A stretch of DNA of 64,000 nt from Perkinsela sp. CCAP 1560/9 (GCA_965644495.1 CBFFSA010000004.1:868001-932000); one strand, 5' to 3'; shown: positions 20,987 to 32,729, counted from the stretch's first letter. A program made the numbers and translations. The notes: a model not told the origin generated them from the letters alone.

Positions 20987-22435
20987 ATGGTGTCTGCCCG
21001 CGATCGCGCTCAACAGATAGAGGAGAGGCGAAAGTCGAGGTGTGCTTTGTCTAACATTGACATTGACGATGATTTCGAAAATTCCGCGGTCTTGGTACCA
21101 CATGGCTCTGCCCGCGCAAGTATGCCTGATGAATCTTCATACCAAAGAGAAGCGGAAGCGGGAGCGAAGTCACTTCCTATGCGCGCCCACAACTCATTTG
21201 ACGATATGCTACGTCAGAACAGTAAGTATGACATGATTGGCGAAGGTCGTGAGATAACTATAAGACATTCGAAAGATGTCTCGGGTGAAGAAGACAGTGT
21301 GAATTACCAGCCTAAAGATCTCGCTAAGATAGAACGCGGCATTGATTCCATATTTCAACTTCTTGGTGACGAGCAGGAGGATGTACCTGAGAGAAATTCT
21401 GAAAGGATGAAAAAACGGATGAAATCGTCATCAAAGGTATCACGCTCAGACACCATCTCCCATGAAAAATGTGAATCGATGCACCCCAAATCTAGATCAG
21501 AATCGGAGAAAATATCCTTATCATCGAGAGTACAGGCTCTAGCACGGGAGCAAGCGGATTCTGATAAGCAGAGTGGGCTTTCGTCTGAATATGACACCCA
21601 AACTTCGTCCGATGCAAAGGTAGAAAAACCCTTATGGATATTAGCCGCACAGATCAGAATTCGCATGCAGCCTCCGCTCGCCGTCTTAGCTTCACTTCCG
21701 CTTGTGCAAAACGCCTTGCTGTCTGGAGGTATCGTCCCAACGCATCAAGACAAATTAGATGATATGAGAAATTGCATTGGAGATCAATTTACTTTTTATG
21801 AACAACAAGTGATCTCATCGTTTCTGAAGATGAAGCACTGTGCAGTGAGACTAGATGCTCTATTCCAGAATTTTATTACTGAGCAGTGCACCACGACTTT
21901 GATAAATTCTGAAAAAAGCGTCGGACACAAGTCCTTAGATTGCGTTGAAGCTACACTGCGAAAGTTATACGTTGATCAAGGCTTAGTGCTTCCTGCCTTT
22001 GAACCGTCGTTTTGGGTGCAAAAGACTCAAAGAAATCGTGCGCTCATTCCTTTTTATGGTGCTTCCCATATACCGACGTCCAGTACAACTCTCTACAATG
22101 ATGACGACTTTTACACACTTCTTGCAATGCAGCACACGAGAGACCATTTAAGAGAAAGTGGGCATCAACATTGGGCAGTATGTTCCCTAGTTGCTCGGCA
22201 GCAGCTACCACATACGACCTCGAAGAACTCACAGGAAACCACTGTATCAGCATTAAAAAAGAAGAAGACTCGCGTAGTTGAAAAAACTGCGAAAACTAAA
22301 GAAATGCATCGCCACTCACTTAAACTTTTGTCGCGTACGTCGTGGGAGGTGAATCCAAAGCTTGTTAATTTTTATCCCGCTCCTTTGACGGTATCTCAGA
22401 CATCGACGGAACTCCTCAATTCTTTGTTTCAGTAG
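20987..22435 (+). CDS. AATF: AATF/Bfr2 ribosome-biogenesis factor
   Basis: YNDDDFY and C-terminal EVNPKLVNFYPAP..ELLNSLF (TRAUB-like); acidic N-terminus. Confidence 0.75.
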   Translation: MVSARDRAQQIEERRKSRCALSNIDIDDDFENSAVLVPHGSARASMPDESSYQREAEAGAKSLPMRAHNSFDDMLRQNSKYDMIGEGREITIRHSKDVSGEEDSVNYQPKDLAKIERGIDSIFQLLGDEQEDVPERNSERMKKRMKSSSKVSRSDTISHEKCESMHPKSRSESEKISLSSRVQALAREQADSDKQSGLSSEYDTQTSSDAKVEKPLWILAAQIRIRMQPPLAVLASLPLVQNALLSGGIVPTHQDKLDDMRNCIGDQFTFYEQQVISSFLKMKHCAVRLDALFQNFITEQCTTTLINSEKSVGHKSLDCVEATLRKLYVDQGLVLPAFEPSFWVQKTQRNRALIPFYGASHIPTSSTTLYNDDDFYTLLAMQHTRDHLRESGHQHWAVCSLVARQQLPHTTSKNSQETTVSALKKKKTRVVEKTAKTKEMHRHSLKLLSRTSWEVNPKLVNFYPAPLTVSQTSTELLNSLFQ

Positions 22436-22688
22436 GCACCAGACAACTCTTAGGATTCCATTAGAGTTTAGTTTTTGTTTTTTTTCTTTTACACATAAAG
22501 TTATGCAAGTCAATGCAACCACAGGATATTATGGGATAATTCGGGCCTCCATACTACACCATAGAATAGATTACACAAGAAAATTGTGTGTATACAAAGG
22601 AAACCCACCTTTTCGACTCCATTTTTCCCATTCATCCTCACTTTCCTTTCTTTTTCCTTACCCTACTCGATTTCTTTCCCTTCCTACC

Positions 22689-23471
22689 ATGCACCGTTTC
22701 TTCACGGCTCGCTCTCGAGCCGCCGTCGCCTCATCCGTTCTCCCCCTCGTCTCCGCGCCCCGTCGCGCCTACACCCCCCTGGACGCCAGTGACGTACAGC
22801 GGGACGTGGCCCCCTGCATTGACATTGTCGAGGTCAGCGACGACCCCGCCCACGGCTCCATGGTACGTATGGTCTACCACAGCCGGAGTGTGGAGTTCAT
22901 GCACTACCCCCAGATGGGTCCTCGAAAGACGGACCCGATGGACCCCATGCCCCAGTTTGACTTCCAAAACCGCATCTTCTTCCGCGCCGGGCGCAAGAGT
23001 ATTGCGGAGATGCTCGCGGTTGTGGAGGGGAAGCAAAGCGAGATGAACTATCAATCCCCTTATGGTGCCTCGGTGAATTTCGGAAAAATCCCGGAAGGTT
23101 TTTTGATGAAATTATCCTCTCCGGATTACAAAAACAAGACCGAGGTACGCAGTTGTGAGATCTCGTACAAGGGCCACCACGCGGCCTCGTTGAAACATTT
23201 TTTGAGTGGGGCCTTGTGTAAAGGGTTTGGTTTTGAGGACATGTCCTCTTCCGAGGCCCTGGCCGTGGTGCTTGCCAGTGGTAATGCCCAGCGAAACAAC
23301 TATAATAATCGGCGAAACAGAAGCCGACAAGGTGGAAAGGAGGGAACAGAAGGGGGTTCGAAGGCGAACGAGGCACCTGCGCGAAAGAGCTTTGATCAGG
23401 TTGGACCTGGCATGGATTCCGCTTCAGCTCCGGTCAAACCGAAAACGGTGGATGATCTAGATGACTGGTAA
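22689..23471 (+). CDS. MRP1: Mitochondrial guide-RNA binding protein MRP1 (gBP21)
   Basis: Presequence-like start; DDPAHGSMVR, YPQMGPRKTDPMDPMPQFD and LKHFLSGAL..GFGF match kinetoplastid MRP1. Confidence 0.9.
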   Translation: MHRFFTARSRAAVASSVLPLVSAPRRAYTPLDASDVQRDVAPCIDIVEVSDDPAHGSMVRMVYHSRSVEFMHYPQMGPRKTDPMDPMPQFDFQNRIFFRAGRKSIAEMLAVVEGKQSEMNYQSPYGASVNFGKIPEGFLMKLSSPDYKNKTEVRSCEISYKGHHAASLKHFLSGALCKGFGFEDMSSSEALAVVLASGNAQRNNYNNRRNRSRQGGKEGTEGGSKANEAPARKSFDQVGPGMDSASAPVKPKTVDDLDDW

Positions 23472-23954
23472 TCATGGTATGCTGCCGCTGACTCAACAGG
23501 TTGTGGATGACGTTTTAGCTCCTAAATATGATTTACTCGACAGATTTTCTTATTTTAAGTTATTTTAAATCGTGTATCTTATTCCAATTTTAAAGATGTA
23601 TGCACTATAGATATGAAGACATTTCAATACCAAGAACCAGAATTGAGGTGACAAGGTCGAAGCATTGCGATCAAAATTTTATTGTTGGTCAAGAGTACAT
23701 TTGGTGAAGGCCATAGTACATTCTGTATATTGTGTGATATTTAGGCACTTTTGTCGCAGCACTTTTTAAGTAGAAAGCGTTGAGACATCATCGAGAATAT
23801 TTGTTCTTTTATTTCATGTTAATTTAATCAGAGGCGATATTATTTTCCGTGTAACGGCCGGTCATTCACTTTGAAGACCAATACTTCTCTAAGAAAATGC
23901 ATTTTATTAATAGACAATCGTTTGAACAATTTTTCTAATTTTTTCTGACTCCTG

Positions 23955-24731
23955 ATGAAATCTACCCCCGCTCTACATCTTCGTATCCTGCTTCCTAAGC
24001 CCACATTACGGTATTACTACCACGGCAACCGGCAGCGTCAACTGGCCCAGATGCGTAGCCAGAGAATTTTTGCCGGTCGTCATCTTCCCTATCGAGCGCT
24101 CTTTGGACGTATCGACCATCTACTGGTGCAGCGTGCAGCGTTCTACCCCGGAAGTGGGCGGTTTAATCCAGCAGCATACGAACGACTTCGCTGGTGTCCG
24201 TTTACGCCCTACGTGCCGAGTTACTGGACGGACCAGAGAGTGTGGAGAGGCGCTGCAGAATACCCCGACGACGAGGAAAGCCGCGTCGCAATTGCACGCA
24301 AACTTTTTGAAGAGGGTGATTTAACGGAGTGGCAGGCGCGGATACAGAGAAGCACCTGCGCGCAGGTAGTGGATTTGTATTTAAAATTATTCCCACAAAA
24401 TGGGGAAAAGAAACCTTTGTGGCAAACTGGAACAGGCGGGACGGAGAATCTGCGCCCCTCTACGATGGCATTCCACGCGAAGACTGCTCTTGTTCGAGCG
24501 CGGGGCTTGGAAACGTTTTCGCAAAAGTTTTGTGTGGTAAGGAAACTATTGGAAAGTCGGTTGCTGGAGGTATGGGGAGGAATGCGTCCATCTACTTTTG
24601 AGCAGATAATACAGGCAGTGAGCGCTGAGTGTGCCACGGATCTTAACGAAGCGCTGGAGAGACGAAAGAGACTGCATGCTCTTCCGCGATATTTTAAAGC
24701 AGCAGAGTCGAGAGCCCTGAATGGCACTTAG
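23955..24731 (+). CDS. Hypothetical protein, probably mitochondrial
   Basis: 258-aa ORF with a basic presequence-like N-terminus. Confidence 0.7.
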   Translation: MKSTPALHLRILLPKPTLRYYYHGNRQRQLAQMRSQRIFAGRHLPYRALFGRIDHLLVQRAAFYPGSGRFNPAAYERLRWCPFTPYVPSYWTDQRVWRGAAEYPDDEESRVAIARKLFEEGDLTEWQARIQRSTCAQVVDLYLKLFPQNGEKKPLWQTGTGGTENLRPSTMAFHAKTALVRARGLETFSQKFCVVRKLLESRLLEVWGGMRPSTFEQIIQAVSAECATDLNEALERRKRLHALPRYFKAAESRALNGT

Positions 24732-24788
24732 GATCGTAGTTTTAATCTGTTATTTACCATGTGAATAATTACCATGTAATTATCGCTT

Positions 24789-24990
24789 CGCTGGCCGGCG
24801 GATTCCCCAGATCTTAATCCAATGAGAACTTGTGGAACCAAACAAAGCAATTCAAGAACCGTAAATGCCCCATTTCTGCAGGTGAAATTAAGCGCGTATG
24901 TGAATCATAGTTGGACTCCGTAGAAGCGAAGGAGTCGATAAAGAAGCTGTATGTCTCCTTCAAAAAAAGACTCGAGTTGTGCATATTATA
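24789..24990 (+). pseudogene. Tc1-family transposase C-terminal remnant
   Basis: RWPADSPDLNP, frameshift, then ENLWNQTK...IKKLYVSFKKRLELC with an in-frame stop. Confidence 0.8.
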
Positions 24991-25431
24991 TAAAGGAAAG
25001 AAGATTCCTTACTAAATACTGTATGTGTACTAATGTTAAAATAAGTGATTTCTGGGAAAGGGGAGAAACTCAGTACTAAAAACTAAAGTTTATCGAAAAA
25101 TAATGATAAAATACTTGGTCAATTTTGCCTGAGATTGCCTTTTTGGACCGTTGCATTTTTTGGTTACAGGGGCCCATGTGCGTAGAAAATATTTTTCCCT
25201 ATCTGCTTGTGTTCTAAACTAACGCTTTTCGCACATTTTATTTGAATTCGACATCATGTGCAACCTGTGGAATTGTTCAACTTTGACATAAACGGCCCTG
25301 TATTAACGATGTGAATAATTTATAACAAAATGAATATGACGGAGAAATAGTTTGTTAGAAATCATCATTTTGCACTGACTTTCTCTGTCTTCATGATCTT
25401 TATTTTTTCCAACACCATGCCCCCCCAGTAA

Positions 25432-25589
25432 TACTATTCCCCCCCTATCCTAGCGTTGCCTCGATACCCCCCTTCATTAGCGTTGCTTTTTGGACTGTCT
25501 CTTGCCGCGAAGCGGCGATTTTTTTGATCCCCACCTCCTAGCGTTGCTTTTTCCCAAAACCAGGCAACGCTAGGATAGGGGGGGTAGTA
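25432..25589. mobile_element. MITE (about 160 bp)
   Basis: TIRs TACTATTCCCCCCCTATCCTAGCGTTGCC / GGCAACGCTAGGATAGGGGGGGTAGTA; internal TAGCGTTGC subrepeats and a GCCGC-GAA-GCGGC hairpin. Confidence 0.85.
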
Positions 25590-25638
25590 AGTCATCACTC
25601 TCTTCTGATGATTTAACTCCGGAATCTCTAGGAAGTCA

Positions 25639-25700
25639 TACACCTTTTTTGTGGAAGTAGTACACCTTTTTTGTGGAAGTAGTACACCTTTTTTGTGGGT
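25639..25700. repeat. About 22-bp tandem repeat x3
   Basis: TACACCTTTTTTGTGGAAGTAG. Confidence 0.85.
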
Positions 25701-25863
25701 AGGTCCCCCCCCCAGTATTTGATATCTTGCGTTTGTTGGCAATATTCTTACCGTTACTCTTGGGATGATATATTTCTCGCATTTGTGAAGGGATTACGAG
25801 CTCCGTGGTATGGCTATTCAAGGTCTTTTTCCTATTTGTTTCCGTGGAGGATGTAGCAAGTTT

Positions 25864-26370
25864 GCGAGAGCCAGCAAGTGCTAGCGCATCGACTTTCTCG
25901 TTATGAACATTGCCATTGTGTGACTTCTCAAAATATTTTGAGATTGAAGAGAACGGACTTATAAATCTATGTCTTCCATCAACTTTCCGTTTGGCACACT
26001 ACCATATCGAATCACCCGACGCCTGAGACGCATGTGATGGAAAAAGTTCCAAACGTACAAGAAAGAATCCGTATGTACAATGATGGCATCAATTCCTGGG
26101 GAGATTCTCTTGATTGACTCATAAAAAGCTTCTTCTTCAGCTCTCTCGGCGGAAGGAGCCTCAAGTAGTAATGATAGAAACTTGTCTTGTGTCCACTTTT
26201 GTCGGATTACTATGCCCGTCCCGCTTCTGTATTCTTGTTAAGTTTTAAGCAAGCGGACCCATCAATGTAAATGTGTATCTCTTTATCTTCAATGGGGAAT
26301 GGTTCACTATCTTCTTCTAAAAACTGTAAATCGTACAAGCTTTCTTTTCCGATCGCGTCTTTGTACAGGC
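25864..26370 (-). pseudogene. Decayed RNase HI domain, probable retrotransposon remnant
   Basis: Minus-strand IHIYIDGS / SGTGIVI..SAERAEEEA..IIVHTDS / KSHNGNVHNEKVDALA gives the D-E-D-D motifs, with two frameshifts and a stop. Confidence 0.8.
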
Positions 26371-26593
26371 TTTACCATTTTTTAATGTTTTAACGCAAAA
26401 GTAATCAGGGAGTGGTCCTAATGTTTGGTGTAAATTTTCACAGCATTATTGCCAATGAAGGGGGTCTTTTACATTCTTTTTACATCTTTTTACATACATC
26501 TTTTTAGTAAGTCAAAAACTATACACTATGCAAAATTCTTTGAGTTTTGACATTACTAATAGCACTCTTTTATTCCTTACATAGTTTTTCAGT

Positions 26594-28438
26594 ATGCTAG
26601 AGTGGAACTGGCCTTCCGACTGGGAGCCCTTCCAAGATACAATACGCGTGAAGCTGCAGGAAGATATACAAGAAGCAATGAAAAGCAACACCAACCCTCT
26701 TCTCCGCGGCAACATCGAAATCGAAGAGCTTAATTTTGGTACTATTCCACCTACTGTGTGTCTAAAACGGATTCACGAACTTAGTGCTTCGTTCCTTAAA
26801 ATTGAGCTCTATGTCAAGTATACCGGGGATGGAAGCATCAAAATTCGTGGACTCGAAATCAATTTAGACGGATGTGCAGTGACACCCCCTTTCTTTTGCC
26901 CTTTTGAAATGAGCTTGGGCGAGCTTCACATTGAGGATACCATTACTCTTACCCTCAGCCGCGCAACCGCGGGAGAGGCCACACTTTCTCGTGGCACTCG
27001 AATCGGGAGAATGAGTGTCCCATGTTCACCCCGCACGTCTTCTTTTGCATTTCCTACGTCTCCTTCTACCCCTTGGGCCCTGAGGGATTCCAGTTCAAGA
27101 CGTGCACAACCCATTGGAGCTGCGTGTGCTACTGCAGCTTCTATTTTTTCTTCCATTGGTGATAAATCTACGGAACAAAGACGTTTAAGAACAGACACAA
27201 AGAAACCTTTGCAACAAATGGATCGTACTTCGGACATGTCCACCAAAGTTTCTTCTAGTGCAGGTAACCCTCGATCGAGACCCGACTCGACACTGGGCAG
27301 TCTTCAAAGGAGAAATTCTTTCGCAAGCGCAGACACCCCGAACGAACCTCATAGAGGACGGTATTCCATATCTAGCACGCGCCATGTTCCCGGAGCAGCT
27401 TTTTCGGTTGCCTCCACATTCCCTCCAGACTCACTTCACACAGCTCCTTCCTTTCGTGACTACGCCTTACGCAAGTACAAACCCCTTGACAGATCCCCTT
27501 CCTCCAGTCTAGTGTCACCTCCTATTTCACTGACGGAGACCGACCGCGAAGTGAGATCCCCTCCAAGCTCCAATGACTCCTCCAAGCCACCTCTGCCCGG
27601 TCTCTCCGACGACTCCGAACTCTCCGGTGGTCTCCCGCAACACCACCACCTCACCTCCTCCACCTCCACCGAAAAAGAAAAAGCCTCCAAAAAAGTCACC
27701 CACCACAGCCGTCTCCCTCGGCGAAGTACCACCCGTGAGTTCTCCCTCCCACCGTCGCGTCACACACACTCCTCCCCCCTTTCTCCAAAAACAGCTACCC
27801 GGGAGCCCCCACGAAGAACACCCCTCACCCCCACCCCTTCCCTCTCCCCTGGAACCTCAATCACTCCCCACCCCCGCTCCCCCCTCTCCCCCCCACTCAC
27901 GTCCCCCTCCCCCTCTTCGCTCTCCCCACAGGAGAATCTCTTCTCCAGTCTCTCTTCGAGTCTCTCTTCGAGTCTCTCCTCACAAACCACAAACCACAGT
28001 TTGGGTTTGAGCCCCAGAGACCACGGGGCCACAACCCCCTCCCCTCTAAGCCTCCGGGTCCCTCCCTCCCCTCGAGGGCTACAACTGCCCTCTCCGGTTC
28101 CCGTAGACCCGTTACTGGGGGAGCAGGAGGGGGAGGGGGGGGTGCTATGGGGGAATGGAGCCGCGGGGGCATGGGGGAGAGCCACCTACCCGTTGTCCCC
28201 GGGTCCTGGCACCCCGGGAGGGTATGGCACCCCTCCAAAAGGGTCGGCTCCCAGTCATGTGGTGACGACCGTGACAATTCGATTCACCGAGAACCCGTTA
28301 CGGGATTTTAAGGTGAAGTCGAATTTTAGTTCCGTGCAAGGCGCCGATAAGAAGGTGGAGGGGACGTTACGTGCACTGGTGAATCCGGTGTTGGAGGGGT
28401 TGAGGGTGAGGGGGTTTAGTTTTACGTTTGGGGAGTAG
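26594..28438 (+). CDS. MDM34: Mdm34-like SMP-domain protein with a large Ser/Pro-rich insertion
   Basis: NIEIEELNFGTIPP..YTGDG..PFEMSL N half; IRFTENPLRDFKVKSNF C half. Confidence 0.75.
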   Translation: MLEWNWPSDWEPFQDTIRVKLQEDIQEAMKSNTNPLLRGNIEIEELNFGTIPPTVCLKRIHELSASFLKIELYVKYTGDGSIKIRGLEINLDGCAVTPPFFCPFEMSLGELHIEDTITLTLSRATAGEATLSRGTRIGRMSVPCSPRTSSFAFPTSPSTPWALRDSSSRRAQPIGAACATAASIFSSIGDKSTEQRRLRTDTKKPLQQMDRTSDMSTKVSSSAGNPRSRPDSTLGSLQRRNSFASADTPNEPHRGRYSISSTRHVPGAAFSVASTFPPDSLHTAPSFRDYALRKYKPLDRSPSSSLVSPPISLTETDREVRSPPSSNDSSKPPLPGLSDDSELSGGLPQHHHLTSSTSTEKEKASKKVTHHSRLPRRSTTREFSLPPSRHTHSSPLSPKTATREPPRRTPLTPTPSLSPGTSITPHPRSPLSPPLTSPSPSSLSPQENLFSSLSSSLSSSLSSQTTNHSLGLSPRDHGATTPSPLSLRVPPSPRGLQLPSPVPVDPLLGEQEGEGGVLWGNGAAGAWGRATYPLSPGPGTPGGYGTPPKGSAPSHVVTTVTIRFTENPLRDFKVKSNFSSVQGADKKVEGTLRALVNPVLEGLRVRGFSFTFGE

Positions 28439-28677
28439 AAGAGAAGGGGGAAGGGCAGTGAGTGGATGAAAAGGGTAGAGGTGTCGAGTTCGGGAGTTGC
28501 AAATAATAATATTGTCGAACGTATGTGAATAAGGCCTCGAAAATAAGTTTTGCAATCAAGAGTTTACCTGCAGGGTTTTAAGTTAGATTCTTTGGGTACC
28601 ATTAGAGTTCAGTTTTATGGCAGCACAGTCTATTCTAGTTAAGTTTTTGCCTTTGTTACTTATTTTGGGTCGGTGGA

Positions 28678-29691
28678 ATGGGACGGATCCAAAACACTAT
28701 ACTGAGTCGTAGCCGCGACTCTCGTCTGGCTTTAAGCGCCTTGCGTGAGAAACTTCAACGCGTTACCGGTTCATCCACAATACTGGAAAACGAAGCAAGA
28801 CGACTACCTAATAAATACAGTAGACGTAATTCAGCCTTTATAATTGATAAATCGGATCCAAGTTCCTTAGCTTGCGTGCCACTATCAAATTCAGCAAGCT
28901 GCAATGCTATTTTTCCTTTAGATTACCTTATCGGTGTCGATGAGTGCGGGGTTGGTGCACTTGCGGGTCCAATAGTTGCTGTGGCCTGTCAAATGCCTCC
29001 GAACAGCTTCGGAGTAGAGATGGACGCGAAATCCCCCTTGTTACGTGATTCGAAGTCTTTATCGAATAAATTGAGATCTTTTTGGTACAACCAATTGACG
29101 AATATTCATTCTCCAGTGCTGTGGTCGTACGCCATGTGTGATGCGCGTGATTTGGATGAAAGCAAAGTACTATCCACGAGGCTACGCGTAATATCTACTG
29201 CAGTAAAACAGTTAATAGAAAAGATGCAAAATAACAACTTGTTATCACCGGATCAGTATAGGAGTTTACTTTCGCGGACATTCGCGTATCCTCGAACTTT
29301 GGGTGAGGACAAAAATACAAATTCGTTTCCAAGTGGTTCATGTTGGCACGTTCAACCAATAGTTATTGTCGACGGGGTCGAGGGCCCCACGGTTGACTCT
29401 TGTCTACCCGATACGAGCTTTCGATGTAGGGCATATTCATGCACATCGAAGAGGGCTCCCTCGGGAATTATACCTGTTCGCAAGGCAGATGAAACATACT
29501 TCACTGTCGCTGCGGCGTCTATCATAGGAAAACAGCTACGTGATGAATTAATGACAGATGTGTATCACAAGTTGCATCCGAGTTATGGCTTTGACCAACA
29601 TAAAGGTTACGCAACCGATCTCCATGTGCACAGATTACGTAGTTTTGGACCCACATCCATACACCGTTCGTCATACTCCCGAAAAGAATGA
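28678..29691 (+). CDS. rnhB: Ribonuclease HII (bacterial rnhB-like type)
   Basis: IGVDECGVGALAGP, RDSK, VDG, KAD..VAAASIIGK..RD, YGFDQHKGY, IHRSSY. Confidence 0.92.
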   Translation: MGRIQNTILSRSRDSRLALSALREKLQRVTGSSTILENEARRLPNKYSRRNSAFIIDKSDPSSLACVPLSNSASCNAIFPLDYLIGVDECGVGALAGPIVAVACQMPPNSFGVEMDAKSPLLRDSKSLSNKLRSFWYNQLTNIHSPVLWSYAMCDARDLDESKVLSTRLRVISTAVKQLIEKMQNNNLLSPDQYRSLLSRTFAYPRTLGEDKNTNSFPSGSCWHVQPIVIVDGVEGPTVDSCLPDTSFRCRAYSCTSKRAPSGIIPVRKADETYFTVAAASIIGKQLRDELMTDVYHKLHPSYGFDQHKGYATDLHVHRLRSFGPTSIHRSSYSRKE

Positions 29692-29989
29692 CCCATGCTC
29701 TGCGTTTGCATCATTAAATTGAACTCCGTAGAAAATGTTATATTCTTTTTCATGGTAGGAGATTCCTTTTTTTTACCTTCTTTTTTTTGGTTTATATCGC
29801 TTGCTCCCGACTTTTTGGTAGAGTTTCGTAACTATTCCTTTGCAACTATATTTCTACCATATTTTCCATGTTTTTTAAAAGGCTGTTTAAGCAAACACCC
29901 TTTCCCAAAGGAATAGATGCTTTTGCTTTATAAGTATACCAAAAAAGATCTCTTTCGCCAAAGATTTACTTGCGCCTTGGGCTACTTGC

Positions 29990-30420
29990 TGGCTTGGGCT
30001 ATACTGAAGCAAATTTCGGTTTTTTTTATTTTTTTCATAAATCTGTTCAAAAATTCCCCAAAATCTATTGAAAAACTTGAACTGACAAATTAGGCTTAAA
30101 GTGGACACTATACATACACGCAAGCGCAATGCTCTTCTAATTTTCAAGCGTTACACTTCAAACTTCCACTTTTGTGCTCCGCTGAGGCCTGCACCCGATT
30201 ATCTCTCCGGCCGGCTTTCCGGCCCAACATGCCACCTTCACGATTTGAGCGCTTCTTGGCGATTGAGTCGTGCACCTCACATTGTTTGTGTGTACACCTT
30301 CCTCAGTGACCCACTACCGACGGTGGTTCACGCTTTCCCACTTGTAGTCCCCTCGGGGACGAATATTGTGACGAGCGCATTCTGTCCCAATTCTGGTACG
30401 TTTTCCTGCGGCTAAATTTG
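29990..30420 (-). mobile_element. Merlin/IS1595-type transposase remnant, homologous to 60590-61260
   Basis: Minus strand reads WESVNHRR*WVTEEGVHTNNV; extended nucleotide similarity to 60870-61260. Confidence 0.75.
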
Positions 30421-30551
30421 ATTGAAAAAAAATAGAAAAAAACCGAAATATGCTTCAGTTTCACCTTGAAATACGTATCGAAAAGGTGTCCAATGTTTCC
30501 ATTCACTCTACCACACTGAAGATAGTTTTGCTTTTGATCTTTTTTCTTTGG

Positions 30552-31319
30552 ATGACGATAATTCACGGAATCTGCGGATCGGATGTGCCATCAAACTCAC
30601 GTTGTGCAAAGGTTAGTTCACGTCTTTTACCTCAGGAAATGCTATTCGAACGTTTTGCCGAATCGTTGAACATGGCACATCCATCACACCCACTCGAAAT
30701 ACTTTCCGCCTGGTCTTCAGAGGAGATTGTTTATAACGATCGAGGAGAAATCATACAGCTTTTGTGGTCACACAAGGGCATGAATGGTTCAATTCTTTGG
30801 GGATACATTCCTGCCACAGTGGAATTCATTGATTTTGGTTGGAATGAGTTTAATGGCAGGATCGATGCCAAGAATCTTCCCCACGGAATTCGGGTGTTAG
30901 ATATTCAACAAAACTGTTTTGACAAAGAAATTGACTGGGGCGACTTTCCACCTTCTTTGGAAGTGCTAGATATATCGTGCAATCAGTTCGAGGGATGCAT
31001 CATGTGTGACAAACTTCCTGTCTCATTGAAAAGATTTAACATTCACGCGAATCAGTTTCATGGGAGCGTTGATCTGGCATTTCTTCCTTCCCATCTAGAG
31101 CACATCAATCTCTCGTATAATGCGATAGATGGACGATTTTGTGCTAGTCAGCTCCCGCGTAAGCTCATTAGCCTTAATATTGCCGTAACGAAATTTGAAG
31201 GGACACTTGAGTGCGCAGACTTACCACCCCGCCTACGCCATATGGACGCGACATATAGTCGGATTACAGGTCACGTGCCAGAAAAATATGAAAGGTCAAT
31301 CTTCTTGTCCCAGGAATAA
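30552..31319 (+). CDS. Leucine-rich repeat protein
   Basis: AKV..LLPQEMLF motif and 24-aa LRRs. Confidence 0.9.
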   Translation: MTIIHGICGSDVPSNSRCAKVSSRLLPQEMLFERFAESLNMAHPSHPLEILSAWSSEEIVYNDRGEIIQLLWSHKGMNGSILWGYIPATVEFIDFGWNEFNGRIDAKNLPHGIRVLDIQQNCFDKEIDWGDFPPSLEVLDISCNQFEGCIMCDKLPVSLKRFNIHANQFHGSVDLAFLPSHLEHINLSYNAIDGRFCASQLPRKLISLNIAVTKFEGTLECADLPPRLRHMDATYSRITGHVPEKYERSIFLSQE

Positions 31320-32419
31320 ATTGGTACTAATAAGCCAGCTGGCTTAGACCGCATTGTTTTTAATAACAATTTTCTACACTTGTTTGTATTGAAATTTTGA
31401 GATGTGTTTATCGCTAGATAAATTAATTGAGGGAGAAACTACTCCGTGGCTATCCTATATTAATAAAATTGGCCCGAAATTTCGCCCCAAATTTGGCCCG
31501 ACAAAAAATTTTCCGGAAAAAGTTTTTTTCGCAAAGAACCAAAGGCAGCACCATAAATAGATAGTTTTAGTAAAAAAACACACCTTTTGGACCACTCGAG
31601 ACACCCTTCTTCGGAAGCGATTTGCAAACCCCAATTTGCCACATATGCTTTTTTCAACTTGAAATGTGTGCCACGCAAGGCCGTAGAGGAAGGAGGAGGC
31701 GCAAGGCGAAAAACAGAAGGCGGATTTCAGATTTCAAGATAACCGGATATTTTTCATCACCATGAAGTTCCTTCATCGAAACAAAATAAATGTTCTTGCA
31801 TCTGTTCCCTCTACGGTCGTCTGGACACGTACATTGAGTTCCCGCAGTGCCAGATGGAAGTTTTCACCCCTGTACACTGTAACGGCGATCTGTGGTTTTG
31901 TAAGTTTAAGAACTTTTTTATACTCGTGGGAGAGAAATTTCGTTGATTTGCTTTGGTACAACATGCCCTTTTCAAAAATTTCAAAACCAAAAAACAAAAA
32001 CCAAAAGTCACAAAGGAATAGCAAAAACTTTGAGTACCTGTAGATTTCTGTGAATCGCTGTGAGTATTTTTTTGCGACGAAAAATGGCGATCTAGAGACT
32101 CACCAATGGCGAGAGCCGGGGAGAGAGATAGAGAGTAAGAAAGGAAAAGAGGAAGAAACGTTTGCCCTTGTGTAAGATTGTTGGTGCACTGCATGTATCC
32201 AAAGTTGTTATTATCAAAAGAGTTTTGATGCTAAGTACGTAATATTGTGCCAATGCTACAAGTTTTTAGATGAAACTACAGTCGCGTTGCCCCCCTCTTA
32301 GCCCGGAAGGTATGTAACACCCAGAGCGAGCTGTCTGTGAAGTAAATAAATTATGACCTTCACTGTGTTAGTTTTCTAATACCAGCGATTTAAATTGACA
32401 CTTGAGGCTGACCATCCAA

Positions 32420-32481
32420 GTGGGTCCGGGGGTCCCGGACCTGGGTCCATGGACCCACATGGGTCCGGACCCGTCAGACCC
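32420..32481. repeat. Cluster of GGGTCC/GGACCC inverted subrepeats
   Basis: GGGTCCGGGGGTCCCGGACCTGGGTCCATGGACCCACATGGGTCCGGACCC. Confidence 0.7.
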
Positions 32482-32729
32482 GCAAAGGTATGTATATAGT
32501 GTTTATAGTACTATAAATTTTCTTGAAACACTATAAACTATCTATAAATAGTTTTAGGGACTTCTAGAAAAAATCAGTTTCTGTGACTTAATGATCAATT
32601 CAAATGTAGTAAATTAAGCATCATTGATCCATGCCGAATAAATTGCTCGGAGCTAAGTCCAGGGTATGCAAATATTGTGCCCTGCATGATTGGAGAAATG
32701 TTTTGAAAACATTGATGTTTTCAAAAACT

